Positions 49,295 through 63,282 of a DNA stretch of 64,000 nt are shown here, piece after piece (the first letter of the stretch is position 1; every line of letters begins with the position of its first letter). The notes under the pieces are model-generated. The model was not told the origin of the DNA and did no database searches. It was given only the letters and a program-made list of their open reading frames with translations. The DNA comes from Ruditapes philippinarum (Eukaryota), in NCBI RefSeq assembly GCF_026571515.1, contig NW_026865766.1:1-64000 (forward strand), read 5' to 3'. Both the position numbers and the translations under genes were made by a program.

Positions 49295-50437
49295 CGAGGG
49301 TTGTTCGAAAAGAATTGCTTATTGTCCTCTATCTCGTGACACGATAAAAACCAATACATACCTGTATAGGGTAAAAGTGGCTGCTCTTTGAAGCAGTTGC
49401 TGACTAAACTCTCTATTGCTTATGTGTCTTCTTGTGTATCTCATGACATAGTTAGGCGATGGAAAAAGAAATTTGGGTCTTGTGTAGAGTGCATAAAAAA
49501 AAACACCAAAATCAGGTAGGCCAAAATCTGCATCTCGTAACGAAATCGTTTACAAAATAAAGGATATCATTGAAGGAGATGCCAGATTTACAGTTCGTGA
49601 TATTGCACGAAAGATAGGCATATCACTATCAACGGTTTACTTTATTTTGAAGAAGCATTTCAACGCAGAAAGATTCCTGCTAGATGGGTGCCACATCTGT
49701 TGACCGATGAGCAAAAGAGGTAACGGTTTAAGGTGGTCAAAAAGCTGCTTCAAATGCTTCCGAAATATGACAAAAAACTGTTTGCCAATGTCGTCACAGG
49801 TGATGAAACTTGAGTCCATTTTTTTGAGCCCGTCAGAAAAGTTAGCAACAAAATCTGGGCCGCTTAACACAACAAACGCCCAATAATTGCTAAACGGTCT
49901 TTGAGTGCAAAGAAGGTTTTGAATGCAATTTTCTTCTTTGGTGAAGGAGTCGCAATAAAAGTGCCGGTGAAAAAGGGCAAAAGTATCACTGGGAAGTACA
50001 ACAAAGACGTAGTACATAAGAAACTGAAAAAAGTATTACGAGAAACGACAACCTGTTTCTGGTTTTAAGCATATGCTTCTTCTACATGACAATGCCCTTC
50101 GGCGTTTTTGAAAAAAAGTAACTGTTTTGCCTCACACACCCCCCGTATTCTCCAGACATTACCCCATGTGATTTCCTTTTGTTTCGGAAATTGAGATCCT
50201 TCCTTGCTGGGTGGAAATACAAGTCCCGACAGGCACTTGGATCTGCCATTCATCAGTACCTTAAAACTGTGCACAAATCAGCGTACCGTGACGCCTTCAA
50301 GAAGTGAATACATCGGCTGAAACTTTCCATTTCAAGCCACGGGGAGTACTTTGAGGGCAAGGAATAAACACTTTTAAGCTAACTTGAAATTTGAAGTCTC
50401 CAAATAGAAATAAGCAATACATTTCGAACATCCCTCG
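49295..50437 (+). mobile_element. Mariner (DD34D-type) element with decayed transposase
   Basis: TIRs CGAGGGTTGTTCGAAAAGAATTGCTTATT / AATAAGCAATACATTTCGAACATCCCTCG. Fragments ARWVPHLLT, VVTGDET*, LHDNA and PYSPDITPCDF, with stops and frameshifts. Confidence 0.9.
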
Positions 50438-51205
50438 AAAATAGAAGATATTCATTTTTTCTATAAATGCAGGATTTATTTTCATCAAGTGGTATGAAAT
50501 ATAATAATTTTCATATCACAAGATATCACATATAATAATTCCTATATCTCTAGAAATAAACTTGAATTTTCTGTTTATTGTTTACTTTTCATCTTTTTTG
50601 ACCTTATAATTCTTTAGACTTTTACTTTAATTCTGTGTAATGGCTTAATTAAGAAGAAAGTAGTCAAGCAAGACACAAGTGAAAATACTGAAAATATGTT
50701 TAACTGCAGTGAAAAATATTTTTTACAGTAAAAATACAGAATGAAAATATGCATTTTTTTTTTAAAAATATTGATTTTTTTTAATATTTTTTCATTTTTT
50801 TAAATTATAAGTAACAAAAAAATAAAAAAACTTATGAAAGTCCCGCCCATAAATTTTTATCTTAAAATTTTTATTCGTCTTTTTCCTCAAATTTTATTTT
50901 TTTTAAAAGGGTGTGGGTATACGACTATGTTTCATCTAAATATGAATCATATTTAATTTCTAATTTTGATTTTAATCCTAAAGGATTCTTTTTCGAATCC
51001 CCCACATACAAACATGGCGAGTTTTTTTCTTTAAAATGTTTAAATCATCTACTACTTTATCAACATAAGACTCTGCAATGGAGCTTTCTCTCCAAAAAAA
51101 ATTCTTTTGCCAATGATTGGTCCCTTTAAAAAAACTGAAAAACATTTAAAAATTTAAAAAAAGTTATTAAAAATTGTACTACATTGTATAACTAAATTTT
51201 TCAGC

Positions 51206-51920
51206 TGATGGGAAATAGGGAAAAAAAACTCTAAACGTCCGAACAGCTGATAAAAAAGATTGGTTGGTAAACATCAAAAACAAAAGACCAGAAAATTTTA
51301 ACATTCCAAAAAGAAACCAAAAACCCTTTAAAAACTAAACCCTTTATGCTGGCTCATCAAAAAGAGCCCGTTTTAGATATAATTAAAGAAGATTTTTTCG
51401 TTTATTTTTTTTAAAGGGGTAATTTTTAATATGAAATCCCCTGATTTTAAATCAAAAATATCTATGGAGGGTTAAACAAATTTAAACATTAAAAATTCCC
51501 TTTTAAATTAAAAAATATTCATTTTGATTGTTGAACAATTATATGTATGCTATGTGAAGAGCATCACTTCTTGATCTTCTTTTCTCTTGATACTCTGATC
51601 AATAAGTCTTGATTACTTGTAACTTTTTTCTTTATTTACTGAACAAATGCTTTCATTAGATAAAACAAACAAATGAATTTAAAGACAATACAAAACAGAG
51701 TTTAAATTTAGAACAAGAAAAACATTTTCACATCGCAGAAGCCGGTGGTGTACAGTGTAATAATTCCAGTAACCAGACATTGCATCGAGCCAGGAACCAC
51801 CATACAGAACACAACAGCGCTAGTCGCCGGCTTGCAGATAAAGAGTTATGTAACGCCAGCAAGGACATTAAAAGACACATAAGATATATTAACAATCGTC
51901 ATTTGCTGATACTCAAATAA
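51206..51920 (+). pseudogene. Partial duplicate of the last two exons of the coiled-coil gene
   Basis: 51739-51920 closely matches terminal exon 33446-33627. About 51206-51380 is a garbled match to exon 32693-32843. Confidence 0.7.
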
Positions 51921-54862
51921 AACATTTCTACACCCAACGAAATAAATGACAAGCTATTAAAATTGGAATATTGTAGTATACACAACTTTTAAGTCATCTC
52001 TGAATCCAGTTTTACTTAAATATTTTCTTTATTGCAAAGAGGACCATGGCCCCTCATTTAATTGGAACAGAATAAAGTTTAAAGTTAATTGTTGTCATTA
52101 GTTTGTTTTACATGGCCCTTGCCCCTTACAAAGATTTTCAGATACATATTGAATCAAGAACAAAAAAATATCTATATTTTTTCCATCTAGCAACGTATAT
52201 TCATATCATATCAAAATGAGATATCATTTATCGTGTGCAGGATTTCTTTGTATTCATTTTCTCCCATTATTGCCACGACCAATTTCATGCTAATGTTAGA
52301 TTTTGATTTTGTATTTTCTACTAAAATTTATTTTTTCCTGAAATAACATGTCAGGAAACTAATTGCGTATATTTACATCATCCTAGCGAGCGGGACAAAT
52401 CATCAGTGAGTAACTTTATTTAATATTTATGATTTAAAAGAAATTATAATAAGCATTATAAAAAATTTATATATCAATTCATTTTGAAAAAAATGTAACT
52501 TTGACCTTAAAGTTTAAAGTCTTTACAAAATGTATGTATACCCCTCCCACACATCCTAACCACACGGTAACTTGCACATTCCAGTACCATCCACGAACAG
52601 GGCCTGCAACATTTTCAGATGTGTAGTTTGGGCGTTCTATAGGAATTCCGTTGGTCTCTTTTTCAAGGGTTTAACTCAATACAGTGTTGGAGCAGTACAT
52701 CTACAAGATTGCAGAAATCTTGATCACAAAGTAGAAAAATACCGTGTTTGTTTTCGCCGATTCTTAATTTTTTTAATAATTGTCGTATTAAAATCTTTCT
52801 GATAAAGATGAATTCGACGTTTAAACCCGTTACCTCATATAGACATGTTTTGACGGCACTTCACCCCACTTTTTTGAGGACTCAACAGTAAAATAAAAAT
52901 GCCCTATTAAGGTACCAAACACTGTTTATCGTTTGATAAATGTTGATAAAAAAGGGACCACTTTTTTGGCGCCGCCCCCATCAAAAAGGTACATCAGGGG
53001 GTTTTCAGAAGGTGAATGTGCCCCCTTATGTATCGGGGGTTTGAAGAGGGGCTTCCGCTCCCTTCATCGCCAAGAAAATTTTGGACATGTGACAGGTTAA
53101 AAATGGCCTCAGGTCGATCGTAAAACTTAATCAAACGCTTGAAAAAGCCTTTTACTCCATTAAATCCTTTGAGAAGTTGCAGAAATTTTAAAAATCATTT
53201 TTTGAGGGAAAAAAAACCCTTTAATGCAAAATAGTGTTTTTTTGGCTTTTTTTGAGACTCCCCCTTTTGCAAAATTTTATAAAAAATTTATTCAAGATTA
53301 AAGGGTGCTGTAACATTCCCCCCCAAGTTTAATTCGTATTAAAAATTTTTTTTCATATTTTCATATCATTTTAACTTTTTAACAGGGGGCCCTTTTAAAT
53401 GAAAAGGGCCCATTTTTTCACAAATTTCAGGGAAAAAAGGGGGTTTAAAAGGGGCACCCTTGGCCTTAAAATCTAAAGGCCCAAAATTCCCGGGGACAAG
53501 CATATACCGTACGGGCCCTTTAGGTGGTTTACTGCCCAAATAAATTTACAAAAAAAAAAAAACATAACCCCTTTGGGACTTTTCACCCACTTTTAAAAAC
53601 TTTTTAAAGGGCAAAATGAAAATACTGGGCCCCTTTTCCGTCACCCTTGGGTTTAAAAGGACCTCGAACAAAAAGAATGAATACACAGAACGGATGGGGG
53701 TTTTCCCGGGTAAAACCCTTTACGCTAAGAAAAAAAACATGAAAAACAAATAGAAATTTTAAATGTTTGGGGATTTTGTTGACAATTTTATTTTCCAAAA
53801 AATGTAGTTAAATTCCACATAAAATAAGTAAATTTCATAGGTACAAAACCCAAAACTAAACATTTTTTAATATTTACAAATAGGGCTGCAAAAAACCAAA
53901 AAGTAAAAAAAAACCACCTTTTGACATTTAGTCGGATTTGTTTAAAAAACATCGTGGGCATTTTTAAATTAAAAATGTTTGTAAGGCAAAATTTTCAAGC
54001 TTTAAAGATCCCGGGAAACAGACTTTAAAATTTTTCAAAAAAATTTACTTTGGGTTTTACATTATCTCTGTTTCTGTTTACTTTGAAAACGACGGGGGAA
54101 AGACCTACTTTAAATTCCGTTTTGTTTCCGGGGGGTTAATTTTATGGGATAATGGGCCAGGAAATTCCCGAAGGGGTTGAAAGCACAATAAAATAAACCA
54201 AATAAAACCTAAAGGGTTATTTTTGGCCCCAACTGAAACTTAAAAAAAAGAAATGAAATCCTGAAAAAGAACACAAAACCCCTTTTAAAGTACTCAAAAA
54301 ATTTAACTTCTTTAAACAAAAATTAAAAAAAAATTTTACATGTATTTAAAATGCAACATGTTAAAGGGATGACTTAAAAAGGGGCCATTTTCCAAAATTT
54401 TTTAAAAAAAAACTATTTTCTGGAACTAAAGGGGGCCGGGGTTTTTTCCGAAACCAGGTTACCCCTTCAAAAAACCCTTTGCCCATATACATGTATACCC
54501 AACATCCAAATACGGTTTTAAAAGAATGGTGCTTCAAAATTTTTTTGTAATAGCATTTTGGAAAAAGAAATACGGGAAATCACAACAATACCTAGCTTTA
54601 AACTGTACTTGAAAAGTCCAATAAAGGGTCAAACTGCTTTAGAATACACAGACCAAACCAAGTCAAAGGATGCCATGTCTCATATTTTTCTTCTATTGCC
54701 TTTGAAAACATTATTTCATAAAGTGGACTTTCTTTCATAAAGTATACTTCATTTCATAAATGTCATGTTATTTCCTTATGTCAGTACCAGCTTTGAGTTC
54801 TACAAGCAGTGTTAGAATTTAATAACTCTAAACATTACTATTTGTATTTTGTAGATATCATT

Positions 54863-56668
54863 ATGGAAGTCTCGGGTAAAAAGGCTTATCGGAAGTTTTC
54901 ATCTACATTATCTCATGGTGATGCTGAAGGTTTTGAAAATTTCTGTGAAACAATGCGACAGAGATGATATCAGATACCTGCCTTTGTTACTGGTGGATTG
55001 TGCCAGGAACAACATATGCCAAACTTGCTTTAAACATTCACAAACGACCAAAAGCCACTTCGCCATCATAAGCTTTTAGACAAAGATGAGATGCCACAAA
55101 AACAAAACCTACAAAAATCATTAAAATCTAATTTTGGTGGTAAGACGAGTGATCTTTCAAAGCCATGTACCAAACACACCAACTAAGTGATCAAATTCTA
55201 TTGTAAAGACCATAATGATTTATTTGTAGTGTATGTATGAACCCTCGATTACACAACAACGTCCCTGTTCAGGTGGACTATATACCTGATATATCAGGAC
55301 ATGATTGTAGACAGCACTGAGTTCAAGGAAACTCTGACTGACATTGACAAAACTGACAGACGAATGCTGCCAGTTCACAAACGACCTAAAACAAAAAGTC
55401 CGCCGGGTCAACAACTTCTCTGAGAGATTCTTTAGCAGAAATAGAAAACTTCAGAAAAGAGATAAATAAAATATTAGATGAATTAGAAAAGAAGGTTAAA
55501 GATACCGTTACAACAATCCAACATGACAACCATAAAAAGTTGAAAAACAGCAAAACAGTATGTTAATGACATCATCAAATCATTTCAAAGAATCAACCAA
55601 ATTCCCTTAAACATCTAAATAGAAACAAGAAAGTTGACCTTCTATTTTCTGAACTAAAAAAATACTCAGCAACTGCTTCGAAATAATGAAAAAAAGAATA
55701 TCACAACTACCAACAGTTTATTGTGTTTATGAATACAATTTTTGAACCAAAATTCAAGCAATCAAAAAAACTCTTTCAGAATGAGAAATTCATTAGGAAC
55801 ATTGAGCAATAAGAAATTGAAACAGTTAACTCTACCGAAGAGTCAAGTTGCCGCAGGAATGAAAATGTCGTATCCCTAGAAATTTCAATGTAAAATCATT
55901 TCTTCGATGAAAAAGGATTGCTGTATTTTGGCACACGCATGCTTGTTTCTCAAAAACCAAATTATTTGCAGCAGATTTCAATAATTACGCAATTAAAAAA
56001 TGATTTATATCAATAGTGGATCGATCAAAGTAAACTACAGCTTGTAACTGAACCTAGAGATGTCACCAAAATCAACAAAGATTACAATTGCTGTTACATT
56101 ACCAAACAGTGAAGCGATACAGATGATTTCTTCTCCTCAAACCCTCTCTCACTAAAGAACAAATTGAAAGTTAGATGCAAAGTGTTTTGGTATCAGTCAT
56201 TCATCAGGGAAAACTTGCAGTAACATTTATAAGTCCTACTAAACTTCAAAATCATGGACTTGAAAGGTAATACTGAAATTACAGTTGATAAAGATTCCAA
56301 TGGTGATAATATTTTAGCAAACCTTTTTACATCACAACAAACAGTCATTCAATCTATGTGTCTGACTGTGACAAGGCCGCTATCTTATGGTTAAACTGGC
56401 ACGGAGAGATGTTAAGACATGTTGGAATAATGGAACCAAGTGGTATAACACTTATAGATGATTGGTCATTCTTAGTAACAGATCGTAGCAGTCATTGTAT
56501 ATATAAAGTAAGAGGTGACTGTAAAGACAGTGGATCTATACTTGAGGTTGTAAATTATCCTGAAGCTGTATGTAGGTGTGCTGAGACCAGCACGCTTTGT
56601 ATTAGTAGATACCACAGCGTCGACAAAATAGAGGAAACAATCAAATAGAGCTGTATAAAATGATGTAG
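54863..56668 (+). pseudogene. Frameshifted near-identical copy of the 38692-40470 TRIM-like gene (pseudogene or error-laden allele)
   Basis: Colinear with paralog 1 from ATG to the ATGATGTAG end. It has many 1-nt indels, often in homopolymers, and few substitutions. Confidence 0.85.
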
Positions 56669-58950
56669 GACAAAGAGATGACAACTGATGCAGTCAGAAC
56701 AAGACATAAAACTATTAATGATTTTATACCGAACCATCATTCAATACGTCTGTGAAGGATTTTTGACAACAATGTCCTATATGACTTTGGACATGTTATA
56801 GATAGTACAATGGAACATTTTTTTTTAAATATTTTTTTCATTTTATAAAGACACTGTAAAATCCACAAAAAGATAAGAATGGTTACAGAAGTATTCATAT
56901 CTTACAAAAGAATTACAAATGTGATGTACACATTAATGTCTGTTTTTATCACATTATTTATTTGCATATTTGTATATATTGTATTCATACGTTTCAGCAG
57001 TGTTGACAGAATATTGTTGACTTGCTTCTTATTGATAAAAAGATTGTAAGATATGTAAAGTAATTTTGCAGTTTTGTATGTAAATATTTCAATGGAAATA
57101 GTGTTTTTATTGTACACATATTTCAGCCTATAGATAATAAGCCATTAAAGGACTCAAAAATGTATAATTAAAATTGTTGCAAAATAAGTGCAGATGTCTG
57201 ATGAAGCCTCTCAAAGTAAACTTAAAGGTTGCATGTGTGGATAATTATCTATTGACGTTAAAAATGAACCGTCTATAAGATTTGTCACGAACTTATGTTA
57301 AAAGACTGTTATAATGATGATTGGTCAGCAGTTTATATTGTAAAATGCTCAGGATGAAATATCAATCTAGCTTTAATATATACAAACTCCCCCGCTCTTT
57401 TTAATAATTTAACATTACAGGGGAATTCCGACGGATATTTACATAATATTTCTAAGGCCACGCAAAATATTTATCGTCCATGCGAAATAAATTGAAAGGA
57501 ATTGTGACAAAATATAAACTTATTTCGACTTTCACCCGTTCACACACTATAAAAACCATTTGGATTGGCTTGATGCCAATTTGGTCCAATATATACTCGT
57601 AATCCAACGTATACTCGTGTGACACCGGTCTTGGTTAGTTACAGGAAGTTGATTTGAGTGGGTGTACATTCAACATAAAGTTTCCTAAAATTTAGCTTAA
57701 ATAAAGTTTTAATTTCGTGTCCTTCATCAGCTTCAATCTATAATAAATCCATTATCCAATATCTCTTAGAGGACATGTTATCTATTGCATAAATTGAAGT
57801 GCTTTTGTTCAACATAAATTCTTTTAATTTACGATATTGACAGAGGTTTTGTTATTGTTATGATTGTTACCTGATTTATTATAGTTAAGATCGAGATGTT
57901 TAAGCTTGTCGGCATATTGGTTTGGTATGCTTGAAAGGTTATTATAAATTAGTCATTTTTCCAATTTTCTGTACAATTTGTGTGAGCACACACTTATGCG
58001 TGTTTTTTGTTTAGGTACATTGCATATGATATTTTTTTAATATGTATGTTTATGCCGCCGAGTGTTGTTTCCATTTTCTATGAAATTATAGCGAATCTGA
58101 TTAATGTAGGCCCTTTTTGTAACTTTGGCATATGACATTTTTAGTTACTAATGGATTTTGGTCTGTACTGCTAGTTCCAAGTACAATTTGACATCCGGTG
58201 TTTTTGGGTGTTTACAAATTGACAAAAGGAGGGAAAACTGTTCTTGCTGGTAGGGTGTAAACACACCAGTGTTGACAAATTGCTGCAGTGATGATAGACA
58301 TCTAAACTTTACTGATTACCACAGGAAGTTTATAAATTTGTTTTGTCCCCGTCCGACGTTTCTTAACAGTAAAGATGAACACATATGATTTTAGACTTGA
58401 TTACAAAATACATGTGGGCAGTATATCCATGAGCATACATACGCACATACAGACAGACAACCTAAAGACTGTTACAAAAACATAACAGACTTAGCCCATG
58501 ACATTGAATATGGTTTTATTTCTAAATCTCTACACAACTTTGACATATTTTGTACTACTTGACTAAACAAGTTTTAACCAGTATTTTATAACGTTAACAG
58601 CACTCATTGTTCTACCAGTTCACTATACATTAAAGTATTTTTGTTTGTCTTTTACCTCATAACAACTTCTTACAATACTTTAAATGTATATTTTCTTACA
58701 CCGGACTATCCCCAGATTCGGGATTGGTAAAATAACTTTATAAAACAGATCTAGTTTATGTTTAACTGACATACAAGGAAATCGTATTGGCTCGTTTTCA
58801 AATTAATACAATGAGTTTCGAATTACATTAAAACATGCGCTGAAATATTTTTTTTTGGTCTAGACATGTAAACGTTTTAACTGTTTCAAGTCAGTAGGCT
58901 TTATAAGAAAACATAAAATTCTGTCTAAGTCTATCCGTCTTTTTTAAAGA

Positions 58951-59303
58951 TTTATTGATTGATTTTCTTTAGACCGGGCGGTCAAGGATAACCTACGAAA
59001 GTGCAAGCACTTATTTCCAGTAGGGTCCTTACCTCAGCAGACACTAGAGACAGCTATCAGATACAAGGAAATCCGGGAACCAGTCCCTAGCTCTTATTGA
59101 ATAGATTCCTTGGTTCTTTTACATGCCCAGTGTATAGCACTGATACATGCGAAGATTACCTGGGTTTCGTATCAGTAAACCTCTAGTTAGGTGGGAAACA
59201 CTGAAAGTGTTTCTGAAAAATCCCAAGGGTGTTACCCAAGATCGAACCTGGAACCTCAGGAGTGACAGTCAGTGGTCTAGCCAACTGAGCTATCGCGCCA
59301 TAC
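58951..59303 (-). mobile_element. tRNA-derived SINE, apparently full length
   Basis: Minus-strand head GGCGCGATAGCTCAGTTGG...GGTTCGATC (A/B boxes) and an AATC-repeat tail. The site is empty in copy 1 at ~42808 (AAAGATCAAAAC). Confidence 0.85.
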
Positions 59304-59636
59304 ATCAAAACATTTGACTTTGTACAGTTAACTTCCACAGTATATCAGTATATTCAAAAAATGTCAATCTTTTTTGGTAGCCCTCCTCTGTTTTAGATGT
59401 GGTCCTTATATTTTAGGCATATAACAAAAAATCTTTAGAACAATATGTACTTGGCAAGTATTTAGATTTTAAAAAAGAACTGTCCAAAAGAACAAAATAC
59501 TGCAAAATAACAAAATAATGTAAAACTTTAAACAGCAAACGAAAATGCAGTTTTCAATTTCATCCACTGCCTGAACTACCTATTTAAATAGCATAGATTT
59601 TAAATGAGACAAGCCGTTTTACTTTTGGACCTCAAG

Positions 59637-59748
59637 TGTCACAGGGTGAGAAAATGTGTAGCCTGCCCGGGACCCGAACCCAAGACCCTCGGAATATCGT
59701 ACCGCGGTTCTACTGACTTAGCTATCCGGCCAGTCACATACTATCTCC
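59637..59748 (-). mobile_element. Truncated duplicate of the tRNA-like solo LTR
   Basis: Same left end (CAAG|TGTCAC). The right end is lost in a deletion between two TATCTCC motifs of copy 1. Confidence 0.7.
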
Positions 59749-60700
59749 TGTTTCAAACACTGAATTATTGTTTTCAAGCTATGTATGTGTACCACGTTGC
59801 GCCCGAGTGACAGGCATATGGCCAACACCCTGACTGACTAAAATTCAGATCAACCTAGTTCTGTTACGTAGATCTGATTCCGTCCGTATATGTTTTGCCT
59901 GCTTTAACTAACTGTTTTTCTTTAGCTAATACTAATTGTTTGCTAGGTTTAATCATCATGTGTACATGATTGTAGTGTTCGGTGCAGTATGACGTACCGA
60001 AACAAATAAAATAACAGGTAATTTTTATTCAAGATTTTAAGAATCAGTATTATAAAATTAAACTTGAACACCAAGAGGTATAAAAGCCTTTAAGTCTCTG
60101 CCCTTTCCGCCAGTATAATAGTCGAGTCCAAAATGAGCGGTAACACAATAACTACATTTTATCTTTACAAGACATTCCAGTGGTTAAGACATGTTTTGAC
60201 ATATTAGATATATTAAGATGTATATAGGAATCTAAATTATTTTGTGTATTAACAATATCCAATCGAACAGGATAAATCACTGGTATGTTATTCTATTATA
60301 TACTTATAAATGAAACATTGAGAAATAGTAATGAAATGATATGCGTTTTCTCATTTCCCGTACTTTCACTGTTAAAATTTATTTTTCACTGCAGTGAAAC
60401 ATATTTTCCATATTTTTACTGGTGTAAAGAAATAAAACTGTATAATTATACTTAACAGAAAATTTAAGTATTTTTTTTCATCTTGTGGTGTGAAAATTAT
60501 CATATTTCACTCATGGCAAACCGTCACTCAAGATATATTCATTTTCATAAAACTCAATGAAATAAATCATGTTTTTATAGAAAAAACTTAAATAACCTCT
60601 ATTTATTCAATATCTATGTTTAAATATTCTGTTAGCTTTGTCAAGACAATTTCTTTTTCATGTTAGAAAAGTCTAACTTTAACCTACAACCCGATTAACC

Positions 60701-60873
60701 TAGCCTGGGTTCCAGTCTGTCGATTTTTATGTGTTTCTGTTCGGCAAATCGACCCCAAATCGACATGATACTATCAAAACCAGATATGTTGTACGTTATC
60801 TATCACGATCGAGTATGAAATAGCGCGTATGTTATAAATAAGCAAAAAGTATCAACGCCTAAATCCCAGGCTA
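60701..60873. mobile_element. 173-bp MITE, AcademH-like
   Basis: TIR TAGCCTGGG/CCCAGGCTA and perfect 9-bp TSD CGATTAACC; empty site at ~44365 in copy 1. Confidence 0.75.
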
Positions 60874-61064
60874 CGATTAACCTTGAGATTATCATTTACA
60901 GTACCCGTCTATTATCTCTATATCAGTTCCAATGATTCAATTTTGTTTGTTTGGCCTTTGAAGTCAAAGACTTATATCTTTCTATTTCTGAAGCCCCCTT
61001 CATGATTATGTATAGGTCAGCATTAATGAACTTAAATCTGTCAAAAGCGACACAGCTATCCGGT

Positions 61065-62541
61065 CTAATTAGCGTACCATACTCACACGGTGTAAAAGCT
61101 CAAAATAGCGGGGAGGGGATTATAGGAATGGCCTCCGTCTGTCCGTTCGTCTGTCCGTCCGAAACAATTTCATGTCAGCTCAATAACTTTTAAAGCGCTT
61201 AAATTGTTTTAAATAACTTGGTACCATAATGAGACGATGTGCAGATCGTAATATTTGGGCTGCTACCCCAAGGTCAAGGTCACACATAAAGGTCACGTAT
61301 AAAAAGTCTACATTTCGTGTCCGCTCCATAACTTTTAAATCGCTGAAAAGATTTTAGGTAACTGGGCACAAGTGATCACCATTATGCGACAATGTGCAGA
61401 GCGCAAAAATTGGGTTGCTACCCCAAAGTTCAAGGTCACACTTAAAGGTCAAGTGTAAAGAGTCTACATTTCGTGTCCGCTCCATAACTTTTAAACCATG
61501 AAAAGTTTTTAAGTAGCTTGACACAAGTGATCATCATTATGAGGCAATTTGCAGATTGGAATAATTGGGTTGCTACCTCAAAGGTCAATGTCACATTTTA
61601 AGGTCAAATGTTCTACATTAGTGTTCGCTCCATAACATTTTAACTGCTGATTTTTTAAAAAAAACTTGGCATACCTGGTTACCATTATGGGACGATGTAC
61701 AGAGCGCAATAATTAGGTTGCTACCCCAAAGGTCAAGGACACACTTTTAGGTCGAATGTAAAAAAGTCTATATTTCGTGTCTGCACCATAATTTTTAAAC
61801 CTCTGAAATATTTTTGTAATAACTTTGCACAAGTGATCACCATTATGGGGCGATGTGCAGAGTACAATAACTGGGTTGCTAACCCAAGGTCAAGGTTACA
61901 CTTAGCCTCTTAGTCAAGTGTTAAAAAGTTTACATTTCGTGTCCCTCAATAACTTTTAAAGCGCTGAACAGTTTTTTTAAAATAACTTTGCAAAAGTGTT
62001 CACCATAATGAGATGATGTGCAGAGCGCAATAATTGGATTGCTACCCCAAAGGTCAAGGACACACTTAAAGTCAAATGTAAAAAGTCTACTTTTCGTGTC
62101 CACTCCATAACTTCTAAACAGCTGAATTCTTTTTAATAACTTGGCACAAGTAATCACCATTATGAGACGATCTGCAGAGCGCAATAATTGGATTGCTACC
62201 CTCAAGGTCGGGGTCACACTCAAAAGTCCAATGTAAAAACTATTTTTCATATCTGCTCTATAACTTTTTGTCAATTCAAAGGTTTTAAAATAACTTGCCG
62301 CAAGTGATCCCCACAATCACACAATCTGTAGAGCACAACATCCAGGTTGCTCCCCCAAGGTCAATGTTATATGTTCACTTTATGGAAGATTTTAAATAAC
62401 TGCACAAATAATCACCATTGTCAGACCATGTGCTTATGACATGCATGGAACAAAATCAAGATCATGATTGATTAAAGTTAAAAAGTACACATTCATGTTC
62501 ACTGGGGATGGGGATTTAGCTGTTCATTAGACTGCCTTGTT
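61065..62541 (+). mobile_element. Helentron/HINE-like element with ~155-bp tandem array (~8 units)
   Basis: GTCC/GTCT microsatellite at ~61135-61160. CATTTCGTGT-type anchors at ~61311, 61467, 61616, 61771, 61933, 62091. Ends GACTGCCTTGTT. Confidence 0.75.
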
Positions 62542-62802
62542 AAAACTTATTTCCCGTATTGTTGTGCTTGTGGTATTTTCAGTTTCAACTTTTCGGCATT
62601 TTCTAGTTGGGTGGTTCCAATATTCCTACTTGAATAATGTTGAATCACCCTTAGGATATGTTGCCTGCTTTTTAAATTTGTCTTTTGACGTCTTATCTGT
62701 GATACGCAGGCTTCATAACCTCTGATCCCCTTTCAAAATTCCATTTTATTTAGTTCCGCTCATTGTTTTCTCGTTTAGGGCAAACGCTTTTTATTACTTG
62801 GG

Positions 62803-63060
62803 GACCATACGCCGCTTTTCATGGAATGGCACTACTGTGTCACATTGAAGGTTCCATGATAACCGCCGTATGAACACATCTGCGGATGTTTCTAAATTCA
62901 AAATTTTACTATTTCATGTTTAAATGTTGAATTCTGCTTAAGCCGGTGCTAGGGGGCGTGGACGGTAACTTGCACTTTCCAGTACCGTCCATGAACAGGC
63001 TCAATCAAACCGAGCCTGCAACATTTTCAATTTTGCCGTGTTGGGCTTTCTTTAGGGATT
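62803..63060 (+). repeat. Dispersed repeat also at ~37850-38085 (fragments at ~52560 and ~24850)
   Basis: Shared GACCATACGCCGC..GTTCCATGATAACCGCCGTA..GTACCGTCCATGAACAGGCTCAATCAAACCGAGCCTGCAACA. Confidence 0.7.
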
Positions 63061-63282
63061 CTGTATTTATCTATTTTTTGAGAACTTTGTAATGAAATTA
63101 AAATGATCAAATTTCACCCGGTGCAGTCCGAACAAACTGAAAATTATTTAAATGTAAATCATGTTTGAAAGTAAGGATTTGCTATCTTCTGATAAGGATT
63201 TAATAAAAAAGGGCAATACAACATCATATTTAAAGAAGTACGGAGCGCCTAATGTGACATTTTCCACACTTTTTACCCGAAA

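Larger units (their letters stand above)
50900..60945 (+). repeat. Second copy of ~32180-44430 (segmental duplication or uncollapsed haplotype)
   Basis: Colinear blocks: 51040~32300, 51720~33430, 52111~37118, 54570~38120, 56700-60945~40500-44430. Boundaries are approximate. Confidence 0.9.

Noticed and set aside
59235-59299. tRNA gene on the minus strand
   Set aside because: It is the head of a SINE that has a body, a tail and an empty site in copy 1.
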